From Mobula hypostoma (taxonomy: Eukaryota): a stretch of DNA of 64,000 nt. Positions 35,743 to 48,195 of this stretch are shown here, piece after piece. The notes beneath the pieces were generated by a model. The model searched no databases. It was not told the DNA's origin and saw only the letters and a program-made list of their open reading frames with translations. The stretch spans positions 372,001 to 436,000 of the forward strand of contig NW_026948158.1 of NCBI RefSeq assembly GCF_963921235.1, given 5' to 3'. Both the position numbers and the translations under genes were made by a program. Within the stretch, counting starts at the first letter, position 1. The number at the start of each line of letters is the position of its first letter.

Positions 35743-37633
35743 ACGAGAGAAAACTGGCAGGGAACATAAAAACTGACTGTAAAAGCTTTTATAGATATGT
35801 AAAAAGGAAAAGACTGGTAAAGACAAATGTAGGTCCCCTACAGACAGAAACAGGTGAATTGATTATTGGGAGCAAGGACATGGCAGAACAATTGAATAAT
35901 TACTTTGGTTCTGTCTTCACTAAGGAGGACATAAATAATCTTCCAGAAATAGTAGGGGACAGAGGGTCCAGTGAGATGGCGGTACTGAGCAAAATACATG
36001 TTAGTAGGGAAGTGGTGTTAGGTAAATTGAAGGGATTAAAGGCAGATAAATCCCCAGGGCCAGATGGTCTGCATCCCAGAGTGCATAAGGAAGTAGCCCA
36101 AGAAATAGTGGATGCATTAGTGATAATTTTTCAAAACTCGTTAGATTCTGGACTAGTTCCTGAGGATTGGAGGGTGGCTAATGTAACCCCACTTTTTAAA
36201 AAAGGAAGGAGAGAGAAACCGGGGAATTATAGACCGGTTAGCCTAATGTCGGTGGTGGGGAAACTGCTGGAGTCAGTTATCAAAGATGTGATAACAACAC
36301 ATTTGGAAAGCGGTGAAATCATCGGACAAAGTCAGCATGGATTTGTGAAAGGAAAATCATGTCTGACGAGTCTCATAGAATTTTTTGAGGATGTAACTAG
36401 TAGAGTGGATAGGGGAGAACCAGTGGATGTGGTATATTTGGATTTTCGAAAGGCTTTTGACAAGGTCCCACACAGGAGATTAGTGTGAAAACTTAAAGTA
36501 CACGGTATTGGGGGTAAGGTATTGATGTGGATAGAGAATTGGCTAGCAGACAGGAAGCAAAGAGTGGGAATAAACGGGACCTATTCAGAATGGCAGGCAG
36601 TGACTAGTGGGGTACCGCAAGGCTCAGTGCTGGGACCCCAGTTGTTTACAATATATATTAATGACTTGGATGAGGGAATTAAATGCAGCATCTCCAAGTT
36701 TGCGGATGACACGAAGCTGGGCGGCAGTGTTAGCTGTGAGGAGGATGCTAAGAGGATGCAGGGTGACTTGGATAGATTGGGTGAGTGGGCAAATTCATGG
36801 CAGATGCAATTTAATGTGGATAAATGTGAAGTTATCCACTTTGGTGGCAAAAATAGGAAAACAGATTATTATCTGAATGGTGGCAGATTAGGAAAAGGGG
36901 AGGTGCAACGAGACCTGGGTGTCATTATACACCAGTCATTGAAAGTGGGCATGCAGGTACAGCAGGCGGTGAAAAAGGCGAACGGTATGCTGGCATTTAT
37001 AGCGAGAGGATTCGAGTACAGGAGCAGGGAGGTACTACTGCAGTTGTACAAGGCCTTGGTGAGACCACACCTGGAGTATTGTGTGCAGTTTTGGTTCCCT
37101 AATCTGAGGAAAGACATCCTTGCCGTAGAGGGAGTACAAAGGAGGTTCACCAGATTGATTCCTGGGATGGCAGGACTTTCATATGAAGAAAGACTGGATG
37201 AACTAGGTTTGTACTTGTTGGAATTTAGAAGATTGAGGGGGGATCTCATTGAAACGTATAAAATCCTAAAGGGATTGGACAGGCTAGATGCAGGAAGATT
37301 GTTCCCGATGTTGGGGAAGTCCAGAACGAGGGGTCACAGTTTGAGGATAAAGGGGAAGCCTTTTAGGACTGAGATTAGGAAAAACTTCTTCACACAGAGA
37401 GTGGTGAATCTGTGGAATTCTCTGCCACAGGAAACAGTTGAGGCCAGTTCATTGGCTATGTTTAAGAGGGAGTTAGATTTGGCCCTTGTGGCTACGGGGA
37501 TCAGGGGGTATGGAGGGAAGGCTGGTGCAGGGTTCTGAGTTGGATGATCAGCCATGATCATACCAAATGGCGGTGCAGGCTTGAAGGGCCGAATGGCCTA
37601 CTCCTGCACCTATTTTCTATGTTTCTATGTTTC
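35743..37633 (+). mobile_element. Young 5'-truncated CR1 LINE; RT frame intact except one TGA (36486-36488)
   Basis: ORFs 35859-36488 and 36522-37538 are in the same frame. Motifs YLDFRKAFDKV, SGVPQGSVLGP and FADD, with a (TTTCTATG)n tail. Confidence 0.97.
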
Positions 37634-40600
37634 CACCAGGCCATCACACTAATTTGAGGGCATTTCTATGTTACATTGACTGTTCTATTTATTATCAATG
37701 ATTATAAATCACTATGGTTGCACATTTAGACAGAGACATAATGTAAAGATTTTTACTGCTCATGTACGTGAAGGATGTAAGAAATAAAGTCAATTCAAGT
37801 TCAAATTAATATCTTCTCTTCGCTGACAATCAACACTGGCACTGGTGCACCTCAGGGATGTGTGCTTAACCGACTGCTCCACTCCCTCCATAACCATGAC
37901 CGTGTGACTAAGTATAACTCAAATGCCATCCATAAATATGCTGTTGGTAGAATTTCAGATGGAGAGGAGAGGGCATACAGGAGTAAGATTTACCAGCTCG
38001 TTGAGTGGTGTCACAGCAACAACCTCGTGTTTAATGTCAGTGCGACAAAAGAGCTGATTGAAGGAAGGGTACGATGAGGAAACACGAACCAATCCTCAGA
38101 GAGGCATCAGAAGTGGAGAGAGGGAACAATTTCAAGTTCCTGGGTGTCAACATCTCTGAGGATCAAACCTGGTCCCAACATATTGATGCAGCTACAGTAT
38201 AAAAAAGGCAAGACAGTGGATATATTTCATCAGGAGTTTGAAGATATTTGGTCTGTCACTTTAAAACACTCAAAAACTGCTATAGATGTATTCTATATAC
38301 TGTATATTATTGGAACTATATTATTTCTGTTTTTGCACTGTTTTTAATCTACATAATACACATATCCATATACACACATACTGATTTATTTATTCTTTCT
38401 ATATTATCACGTACTGCATTAAACTGCTGCTGCTACATTAACAAATTTCATGACACCTGCCAGTGGTAATAAACTTAAGTCTGGTTCCGACTCTGAATTC
38501 ATCCCCACAGATGGCTGTGGCCAATTCATTGGGTATATTGCATCATCACTGCCTGGTTCAGAAATTGCACCGTCTCGGATCGCAAGACCCTGCAGCGGAT
38601 AGTGAGGTCAGCTGAGATCATCTTCGGATCTCTCTTCCCACCATTACAGACATTTACACCACACGCTGCACCCGTAAAGCCAACAGCATTGTGAAGGACC
38701 CCACGCACCTCTCATTCAAACTCTTCTCCCTCCTGCCATCGGGCAAAAGGTATCAAAGCATTTGGGCTCTCACGACCAGACTGGGCAACAGTTTCTTCCC
38801 CCAAGCCATCAGACTCCTTAATACACAGAGTCTAGACTGATATCTACATCATTTATTATTATATTGTAATTTGTACTGTACTGTGGCTGTTTTGTTTATT
38901 ATTTATTGTACTGCCCTGCACTGTTTTGCGCACTTTGTGTAGGTCTGTAGTCCAGTGTAGTTTCTGTGTAGCCTTTTGTTATCTCACTTAGTCTAGTGTA
39001 GTTTTGTGTTGTTTCATGTAGCACCATGGTCCTGGAGGAATGTTGTTTCGTTTTTACTGTGTACTGCACCAGCAGTTTATGGACGAAATGACAATAAAAA
39101 GTGACTTGACTGTATTTAATGTGGAGGCTCTTGATTCTTGGTGGGGGTAGGAAGAGGATTTGAGAGGGTAATGAGATCTGTCATGATCGCTGATCCCTGG
39201 CAGAATGGTGCAGCAAACTGCATGGGGCCAAATGGCCTAATTCTTCTCCTGTGTTTTATGGTCTGATGGTCTCGCAGCAGTCGCAGGACATTTCAAATGG
39301 AAGACTGGCAGTCAGACATCGTGGTGGATGGTGCATGTTAGTAATAGCAACGTAGGGAGGAAGAAGGCTGTGCCCTGTGCAGTAAATATAGAGAAAGAAG
39401 TGAGAAACTAAAATTACTAAGCTTTATATTACTGCCAGTGATACTTGTTAGTGCAGAGAGATATAGGAAGATACCACTGATGAATGTGTGGCTGAGAATC
39501 TGGTGCAGGGGACAGTTTCATGGATTAATGGAATCATCTGGAGATGGGTGGGCACAAACTGTTCACTCCCCAGGGTCTTCTAGGGAAGGAACAGTTTTCT
39601 CACTCCGAAAACTGAAGGGAGTAGTTTTGGCGTGACAGATTGAAGGTTTAAAGGGGATCTGAAAGGTGAGTTGATGGAGGTGGATAAAGTTATGTGAGGG
39701 ATATAAAGGTTATAAAGACAGAGACTGTTTTCCAACTAAAACTGTCTAAAACTGAAGGGAATGGATTTAAGGTGAGAGGGAGGAGGTTTAAAGGTGATCG
39801 GAGGTTAAATATTTCGCATGGAGAATTGAATTGACCTTATTTCTTACATCCTTCACATGTATCAGGAGTAAAAATCTTTACATCATGTCTCCGTCTAACT
39901 ATGCAATCACAGTAATTTATTATAAATGGAACAGTCAATGTAACAGAGAATATCTGGTATCCCAAATGAGCCGCCAGAGGAAGTAGTGGAGGCAGAAACA
40001 CACAAAGTCTCTGTTCATGAACATTTCTCAGGAACCTGTCATTCACTGTGTACATCCTGCCCTGGTTGAACTTCCCGGTGCTGGGTATTTTGTTGTTTTC
40101 CATCTGTATTAATGATCTGGATGAGAATGTATTAAACTGGATCAGCAAATTTACAGATGACACTGAGATTAAGGGTGCAGAGGACAGTGAGGAAGGATTG
40201 CTAATCTTGACATGGGATGTGGACCAGCTGGAAAAATAGCAGATGGAATTTAATACACACAAGTATGCAGTGTGTGCAACTAAGTTGAATGGGAGAAATG
40301 TGTGGTTTAAAGAGGATCTGAGGAAAACTGTCCTCTCTCCCCAGGAGGTTACAATCTGGAACACACTGCCTGAGGGGATGGTGCAGGCTGGTATTTAAGG
40401 ACCATCTGGATGAGTATTTGAATCACCAAGGCAGGGTAGGAGACAGACCAGGTGCTGAGTTAGTGGAGACAGATTCTCGATGGTCAGTATGGACATGCAG
40501 AAACCACTGACTGTGAAAGTGCAGTGGGAACCTGAAACACAGAACTTCAGGATGGACTCAGCTAAAACATTCAGAACCCAGTACGATGGATTTTTGTTGT

Positions 40601-41400
40601 ACAAAGGTATTAATGGTCAAGTACTGAACAAACCCCCTTAAAAGGCTACCAAAATGCTCCCATTTCCTGGGCACCAGTTGCGATACTCTGAAATAGGAAT
40701 TTGGTGAAGTACTCTGGGTGATATTAGGAGAGATGTCTGACAGTTTGGTCACAGTGGGAGGGTGCAAATGTCTTCTCAGAGGATAAGGGGTTCAGTGGAA
40801 CAAGCTCACAGCTGAGAATGAAGGTGACAAACCCCACTGCAGTGGAGGATTGCCGTGGTCAGGGTTGTACGGGATAGAAACAGACCCTCTGGCCCATCAC
40901 ATTTATGCTCCCCATCATACAGAGCTATACTAATCCTACTTTCCTGCATTAGTTTCATATCCCTCTGGGCCTTGCTCACTGAAGCCCCTGTGCATGTGCC
41001 TCTAATATTGTTACACAGTTCCCTGTATGTGGCATCACAGGTAGACAGGGTTGTGTGTTCTACTTGCCTTGTCAGCCAACAACTGCCTCTCATTAGAGTT
41101 GGACAAAACTGTTTAAAGACAGATTTAAAGGGGATCTGAGGGGTAAATATTTCACACAGAGAATAGCTGGCATCCGGAATTAACTCCCAAAATAGAGTCA
41201 CTGGTTTATACAGAAATGAAACAGTCCCTTCGGTACAACTCACCCACGCCGACCAAGTTGTCGACCTGAACTCGTCCCATCTGCCTGCATTAGGCCGGTA
41301 TCCCTCTCAACCTTTCCCATCCATGTGACTGTGCAAATATGTTTTAAATATTGTACCTGAGGCGGAGAGCCGGTGCAGTGAGGCGCTGACAGACACTCAC

Positions 41401-41470
41401 TGTTCCGCGGGCAGGAAGAGGAGAGGCGGATCCCACAGAGGAGCCGAAACGATCGAGCCCACGTCGCCAT
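41401..41470 (-). CDS. Candidate first coding exon of an unidentified gene (MATWARSFRLLCGIRLSSSCPRN)
   Basis: Kozak actATGG, GTGAGT donor at 41400-41395, CpG-rich context and promoter motifs upstream. No downstream exon identified. Confidence 0.45.
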
Positions 41471-41532
41471 AGTCCTCCCGCCCCCAGCCGGCATTTACCG
41501 TTCCCCAGGAAACGACAAAGGTGGGACCTCTG

Positions 41533-41624
41533 TGACGTCATTCTTTACGGATTGGTTGGCTCGGTGTGTCACGTGACTGCGAGTCCGCAGCCCGGGAGGC
41601 GGGGCAGAGGGAGCTGTCAATCAG
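41533..41624 (-). promoter_or_regulatory. CpG-rich promoter: CRE, CCAAT, GTCACGTGAC, GC box, TGATTGACAG
   Basis: TGACGTCA 41533-41540, ATTGG 41551, GTCACGTGAC 41568-41577, GGCGGG ~41598, PBX/PKNOX-type motif 41614-41623. Confidence 0.7.
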
Positions 41625-41944
41625 TGGAGCCGCTGGAAAACTTGCGATCATTGTAAACAGAGTGGGTGCAGACGGAGATTTCCGGGATCGGTGACTCCCT
41701 CCCCACCCACGGGAATTGAGTGTATTCTCCACAGTAATATTCATATTTTAATATGACTCTGCGGCATTATACATATTTAATGTTTGTATTTTGCATATTT
41801 TTATGTGGATAATCTTTTATAATTTGGGGTAAAAACCTTGTACTAGATCACTGAAAAATTCATGAAGAGCGTCACGGAAAAATATTGTCAAAGCCAAAAT
41901 TTTAACCCAAAGTAAGTTATCCTCATGGTACGTATATATCACCA

Positions 41945-43245
41945 TCTAGTTCAAAGGAAAATCTATTCTCACAGTAGATTATGTCACCACAAACAACCCT
42001 GAGATTCTTTTCTGCGGCAATTCTGAGCAAATCAATATAACTTACTGTGAACTGTAAATATGAGGAATTATAAACTGTAAACAAACAGTGAAATTTCAGA
42101 AAAATAAATAGCAATAAATAATGAGCAGGAAATAACAATATAACGGTCCTTAAAAGTGTCCTGACATGAGTGTATCTATCCCCTTTTGTTCAAGTCCCTG
42201 ATGGTTGAGGGGTAGTAACTGTTCTTGAACCTGGTGGAGCGTGTACTGAGGTACCTGTACCTTCTGCCTGATGGCAGCAGTGAGAAAAGAGCATTGCCTG
42301 TGTGGTGAGGATCTTTGATGATGGATGTTGCTTCCCTATGGCTATGTTTCATGTAGATGTGCTCAGTGGTTATGAATGTTTTACCCGTGATGTAGCTGGG
42401 CTGAATCCACTAGCTTTGTAGGAATTTCCACTCAAAGTCATTGGTGTTTCTATACCAGTTCATAACGCTGCCAGTCAGCACACCTTCCATCAGACATTTA
42501 TAGAAGTTTGACAAAGTTTTCAATGGCATGCTGAATCTCTGAGATTCCTGAGGAAGTAGAAAAGCTGCCGTGCCTTGTTCACAGTAATATTTATATGATG
42601 GGTCCAGGACAGGTCCTCTGAGAGAGTGACACACAGGAATTTAAAGTTACTGACTCTCTCCACTTCTGATCGTACTTTGATTACTGGCTCATGTTCCTCC
42701 AGATCCCCTGCTGAAGTCAACAATCTGTCCCTTGGTCTTACTGACATTGATTGAGAGGTTGTTGTTATTATGCCACTCAACCAAGTTCTCTGTCACCCCA
42801 CTGCATGCTAATTCATCATCACCTTTGATACAGCCCACAACAGTGGTGTCGTCAGAAAACTTGTATACGGTGTTGGAGCTGTACTCAGCCACACAGTCAT
42901 AGGTGTAAAGCGAGTAGTGCTGGGGGCTAAGCACTCTTCCTAATGGTCCTCCTGCGCTGATGGAGATTGTGGAGGAGCTGTTTTCGTCAATCTGAACTGA
43001 CTGGGGTCTGCAGCTGAGGAAATCCAGGATCCAATTGCACAAGGGGGTATTGAGGCTCAGGACTGGGAGTTTACTGATTAGTTTTGAGGGGATGATGGTG
43101 TTGAATGCTGAGCTGTAATCAATAAAGGGTATCCAGATGTTTGCATCTTTGCTGAAAAGATGTTCCGGAGTTGTATGAAGAGCCAACGAGACAGCATCTG
43201 CTGTTGCTTCAGTTGGGGAATTGGAGAGGCTACAAGTCATCATTC
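41945..43245 (-). mobile_element. Rex1/Babar-type LINE RT and 3' end
   Basis: FIDYSSAFNTII..VLSP..YSLYTYDC..KFSDDTT. Confidence 0.88.
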
Positions 43246-43249
43246 AGAC

Positions 43250-43465
43250 AAGAGCTGATATGCCAGCTCTTGGTTCCATCCCTCCCGCTCCTGTCTTCTC
43301 CGATCATTTTAGATCCCCCTCCCCCTCCCACTTTCAAATCTCTTACTAGCTCTTCTTTCAGTTAGTCCTGTCGAAGGGTCTCGGCCCGAAACGTCGACTG
43401 TACCTTTTCCTAAAGATGCTGCCTGGCCTGCTGCGTTCACCAGGAACTTTGATGTGCGTTGCTTA
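43250..43465 (+). mobile_element. Penelope pLTR-like segment with hammerhead motif (one core substitution)
   Basis: 43364-43399 reads agtc-CTGTCGA-agggtctcggccc-GAAA-C-GTC-gact. Confidence 0.8.
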
Positions 43466-43469
43466 AAGA

Positions 43470-43772
43470 TGAGTCCCGGCTTTTCGAAGGTTAAGTCCCG
43501 GCTATGTTGATGTTCGGTTCCCGAATCTGTCTGTGATCTCCAAGAACCCAAGCCTCGACGATCCCGCAGCCAAGCTCAAGAGCAAAGGCCCCAGCTTGTC
43601 TCCTAGTCCATGGTTTCTAGCCCTGGTCCCGCTTTCCGCAGCCCAAGTCTGCGTTTTTGTCCCTGTTCCTGGTCTGAATCCTGTCACGTCCCTTCTCTAG
43701 TCAAGTCCTGTTCCTTGTACTTCAATGTCTGTGTCTCGCATTTGGGTCCGTTCCCAGCACCCCTGTGTGACA
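43470..43772 (+). mobile_element. LTR 3' fragment
   Basis: Ends gcatttgggtccg...tgtgaca, similar to the 3' end of the LTR at 5223-6035. Confidence 0.55.
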
Positions 43773-44398
43773 GTTCTAACACCCCGGATACCTCTATTTT
43801 CATCAGGAAACAGAGATATTATCTTATTTTAACCCAATAAAGCCTTCTCACAGTTTCTTATCTTAACGATTGGCACATCTCCTCCTCTTCAGGTTTGAGC
43901 ACATTCTATACTCCCTAAAGCAGATTTCAACTCTGCAGTTAATTTCAAACGAGAAAACGTGCGGATCCAAACAACACATACAAAATGACGGAGGAACTCA
44001 GGTCTGATGAATGGTCTCGGCCCGAGATGTCAACTGAACTCATTTCCATAGTTGCTGTTGCGTTCCTGCAGCATTTTGAGTTGCTGTAATTAATTTAATG
44101 GGATTGATGAAAGAAGGCTGTTCCAGGTCAAATTTAAACAATCCCTCGAAGTCCTTTTTTCTTCCAAAGTATCCAGCCTTTCCTAACAAATCACTGGAAA
44201 TCATTCCAGATCCAGATTCCAGATCTAGATTCAACTTCATTCCAACCTCCTCCCGCATTCACCAGAACCCTCAGGTTCCGAATCTTTTTCCCCTCCTGAA
44301 CCTACATTTTTCCCACAATCCCCACACACTCCCTGCCAGCGCCACCAACCGCTACTGCTCCTGAGCCAGTCAGCAGCTCCCACCCTCTTCCTGGTTCT

Positions 44399-44550
44399 GC
44401 TGTCAATCAGGTTCAGGGACGGGGCCACGCAGCGATTACGTACGTGCTGCAATGACGTCACAAATATTAAGCTCGCTTTCCTCCAGTGCACTGTTTGAGC
44501 GTCTGGTCGGAGGGGTCCGGGGCTGCGGGAGGGGCAGGGTGGCTTTAAAC
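44399..44550 (+). promoter_or_regulatory. CpG-rich promoter-like segment
   Basis: GCTGTCAATCAG 44399-44410, TGACGTCA 44453-44460, G-rich boxes, TTTAAA ~44544. Confidence 0.5.
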
Positions 44551-44655
44551 CCGGCGGTAAACACGGCCACATGGTTTGCTTCTCTCCAAAGTGTTTCAGC
44601 TGTACCTTTGCCTGTCTTCTCCACACAGTCACCCAGGGAATCTGAGAGAGTCGCC

Positions 44656-44760
44656 ATGAGTGGTGGGAAAGTGCGGGGGTTCACATCTCGGAGCAGCAGC
44701 CCCGGTTTAATGTTTCGGAGTGAAGGATTCGGTCACCGAGCGTGACGCCGAACGACATTG
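44656..44760 (+). pseudogene. Possible histone H2A 5' relic
   Basis: gccATG then MSGGKVRGFTSRSSSPGLMF versus H2[26 protein letters not shown], followed by an out-of-frame gcc gaa cga (AER). Confidence 0.45.
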
Positions 44761-44905
44761 AGGTACAGACACGATGAGGGAACACTGAAAAAAAAATGCT
44801 GAACAGACCGTCCCTTGTTCTCGGGAAACTCTCCAGTCGCGGGCTATTTGCACACTAGACTCTCCCATATTCTAATCCCGTCTTCATTTGAAGCAGGAAA
44901 ACGGT

Positions 44906-44965
44906 CTCCCCGTCGGCGAATCGAACCCCTCTCTCCCGCGTGACAGACGCGGAAACTAACGAGGA
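44906..44965 (-). pseudogene. tRNA-Asp(GTC) pseudogene with 12-nt D-arm deletion
   Basis: tcctcgttagt[del]ttccgcgtctgtcacgcgggagagaggggttcgattcgccgacggggag. Confidence 0.9.
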
Positions 44966-45324
44966 ATAAACAGGGGTGTGGAATCTGTCACACGGATGTC
45001 AGGGTGTAGGAGAACTCATAGAGTCACTCTGATGTCTGTTTGCTGAGTGTAGGGGTGGCGCATTTTACCCAACCCCTCCTCACTGTGTGACTGGAGGGGT
45101 CTCAGAATTCTTTAGTGATTCAGTCACTTACTGAGTTCAAGGACTGGCCAAAAGAAGGGATCCCATTAACGTATAACTGCATGTTTTTTCAACGGATATT
45201 TATAATCAGGATTTGTTTCCCATTTCCTGATACGTGAAGCAGGGAACCATTTGTAGCAGAGGCTGGGAATCCTCGCAACACACACAAAATGCTGGGGAAT
45301 CTCAGCAGGCCAGGCTGCATCATG

Positions 45325-46556
45325 ATCCTGAAGAATGTGACTAAACACATTGTTGAGCGTAGAGAAGTAGATGTAGTGTGTATTGATTTCAGCAAGGCAC
45401 TTGATAAGGTACCCCATGCAAGGCTTATTGAGAAAGAAAGGAAGCATGAGATCCTAGGGGACAATGCTTTGTGGATCCAGAGCTGGCCTGCCCACAGAAG
45501 GCACAGAGGTTGTAGACTGGTCATATCCGGCATGGAGGCCGGTGACCAGTGGTGTACCTCAGGGATCTGTTGTGTGACCCCTACTCTTCGTGATCTTTAT
45601 AAATGACCAGGATGAGGAAGTGGAGGGATGAGCTAGTAAATTTGATGATGCCACAAATTTTCAGGGTACTGTGGATAATGTGCAGGGCTGTCAGAGGTTA
45701 CAGCGGGACATTGTTAGGATCCAAATCTGGGCTGAGAAGTGGCAGATGGAGTTCAACCTAGATAAGTGTGAAGTGGTTCATTTTGGTAGGTCAAATTTGA
45801 TGACAGAATATAGTATTAATTGTAAGACTCTTGGCAGTGTGGAGGATCGGGGGATCTTCGGGTCCGAGTCAATAGGACACTCAAAGCAAGTTGACTCTCT
45901 GGTTAAGCAGGCATATGGTGCATTGGCCTTGATCAACCTTGAGATTGAACTTAAGAGCCGAGAGGTAATGTTGCAGCTATGTATGACCCTGGTCAAATTC
46001 CACCTGGAGTTCTGTGCTCAGATCTTGTTACCTCACTACAGGAAGGGTTTGGAAACCATAGAAAGGGTGCAGAGGAGATTTACAAGGTTGCTGCCTTGAT
46101 TGGGGAGCATGCCTTATGATAATAGGTTGAGTGAACTCTGCCATTTCTCCTTGGAGCGACGGAGGAAGAGAGCTGACCTGATAGAGGTGTAGAAGATGAG
46201 ATGCATTGATCGTGTGGATAGTCAAAGGTGTTCCCCCGCCCCCCCCCCCCGGGCTGAAATGGCCAGCACGAGAGGGCACAGTTTTAAGGTGCTTGGAAGT
46301 AGGTACAGAGGAAATGTCAGGGGTAAGTTCTTTACCCAGAGAGTGCCGAGTGCATGGAATGGACCGCCAGCGACGGTGGTGGAGGCGGATACGACAGGGT
46401 CTTTTAAAAGACGCCTGGATAGGTACATGGAGTTTAGAAAAATAGAGGGCTATAGGTAACCCTAGGTAATTTCTAAAGTACGTGCATGTTCGGCACAGCA
46501 CTGTGGGTCGAAGAGCCTGTATTGTGCTGTAGGTTTTGTATGTTTCTATGTTTCTA
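45325..46556 (+). mobile_element. CR1 LINE 3' part
   Basis: DFSKALDKVPH, WAEKWQMEFN and ERVQRRFTR motifs, with a tttctatg tail. Confidence 0.9.
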
Positions 46557-47223
46557 AGGGTTTCGGCCTGAAACGGCGACTGTGTACTTTATTCCGTAGA
46601 TGCTGCTGCACATTTTCTCTTGTATGAGAGAGAAAAAAAAAACTGCCGGATCACTAGCGTGTGTAAAACGGACCCGCAGGTTTGTTGGGGACCCGAGTCA
46701 CTCCAATCTCAAACTGTTCCAGCTGCTACCATCCGGGAGTCAGTACCGCAGCATAAAAGCCGGGACCAACAGCTCCGGGACAGCTTCTTCCACCAGGCCA
46801 ACAGACTGATTAATTCACGCTGATACAATCGTATTTCTATGTTATATTGACTGTCCTGTTGTACATACTATTTATTACATATTACTATAAATTGTACATT
46901 GCATAGTTAGACGGAGACGTAACGTAAAGATTTTTTTTCTCCTCATGTATGTGAAGGACATAATTAATAGTTAATTCAGTTCAATTCCATGGAAGAGACT
47001 TCACAGTGCAGAAGTCGAATCACAAACGAGAAAATGTGCAGATGCTGGAAATCCAAGCGACACTCACAGAATGCTGGAGGAACTCAGCAGGCCAGGCTGC
47101 TTCATGAACCTGTGAAGGGTTTCGGCCTGAAACATCGACCGTATACTTCATTCCGTTACTGCTGCTGCACATTTTCTCTTCTATGAGACAGAGATTTTAA
47201 AAAAAACTGCTGATGATCACCAG

Positions 47224-47240
47224 CGTCCCTGGGTGGGCTC

Positions 47241-47276
<36 letters not shown>

Positions 47277-47297
47277 CACCGATTGCGCCACAGAGAC
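47224..47297 (-). tRNA. tRNA-Asn(GTT)
   Basis: GTCTCTGTGGCGCAATCGGTGAGCGCGTTCGGCTGTTAACCGAAAGG...CCCAGGGACG, 74 nt, with a T-run terminator at ~47207-47199. Confidence 0.97.
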
Positions 47298-47427
47298 GAG
47301 AATTAAATGAAGTACGAATAAATGACGAATTTTAATTGAAATGCGGTTTCATTTTACAGATGCATAATATGACACACTTGTATTTTAAAACACGAGGATG
47401 CATAAGCGCTGCCGCCAACAGAAAATA

Positions 47428-47499
47428 TAGCAGAGGATGGTTTCGATCCATCGACCTCTGGGTTATGGGCCCAGCACGCTTCCGCTGCGCCACTCTGCT
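47428..47499 (-). tRNA. Initiator tRNA-Met(CAT)
   Basis: Canonical AGCAGAGTGGCGCAGCGGAAGCGTGCTGGGCCCATAACCCAG...GATCGAAACCATCCTCTGCTA with TTTT at 47425-47422. Confidence 0.98.
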
Positions 47500-47589
47500 G
47501 CCGAGAATATAAAGAATTGTTGTATGTGAGTGTTGTGGATGCTTTGTGTGTGTTGTGTATGTGTTTATCTCTGTGTCTGTTTATGTCTT

Positions 47590-47817
47590 AGTCACAGTCA
47601 CAGTCACAGTCACAGTCATAGTCATAGTCACAGTCACAGTCACAGTCACAGTCACAGTCATAGTCATAGTCATAGTCATAGTCACAGTCACAGTCACAGT
47701 CACAGTCACAGTCACAGTCATAGTCACAGTCACAGTCACAGTCACAGTCACAGTCATAGCCATAGTCACAGTCACAGTCACAGTCACAGTCACAGTCACA
47801 GTCACAGTCACAGTCAC
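47590..47817. repeat. (AGTCAC/AGTCAT)n hexanucleotide microsatellite, ~38 units
   Basis: Direct tandem repeat. Confidence 0.98.
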
Positions 47818-47829
47818 ACTTTCTTGAAC

Positions 47830-48195
47830 CCGAGAGAAATTGGGTTTCGTTACAGTTGCATCAACCAAGAATAAATATAGCAATATAAAACCATAAATAT
47901 TTAAATAATAATATGTAAATTATGCCAGGAAATGTCCAGGACCAGCCTATTGGCTCAGGGTGTCAGACCCTCCAAGGGAGGAGTTGTAAAGTTTGCTGGC
48001 CACAGACAGGAATGACTTCCTATGACGCTCTGTGTTGCATCTCGGTGGAATGAGTCTCTGGCTGAATGTACTCCTGTGCCCACCCAGTACATTATGTAGT
48101 GGATGGGAGACATTGTCCAAGATGGCATGCAACTTGGACAGCATCCTCTTTTCAGACACCACCGTCAGAGAGTCCAGTTCCATCCCCACAACATC
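47830..48195 (-). mobile_element. LINE 3' fragment (Rex1/Babar-like)
   Basis: Translation SKLHAILDNVSHPLH..CNTERHRKSF. Confidence 0.7.

Noticed and set aside
40395-40811. Second exon for the 41470 candidate gene
   Set aside because: The best acceptor (ttcattctcag) leads to an immediate stop in both phases tested.
47530-47883. Poly-SH and poly-VT ORFs
   Set aside because: Hexamer microsatellite translations.
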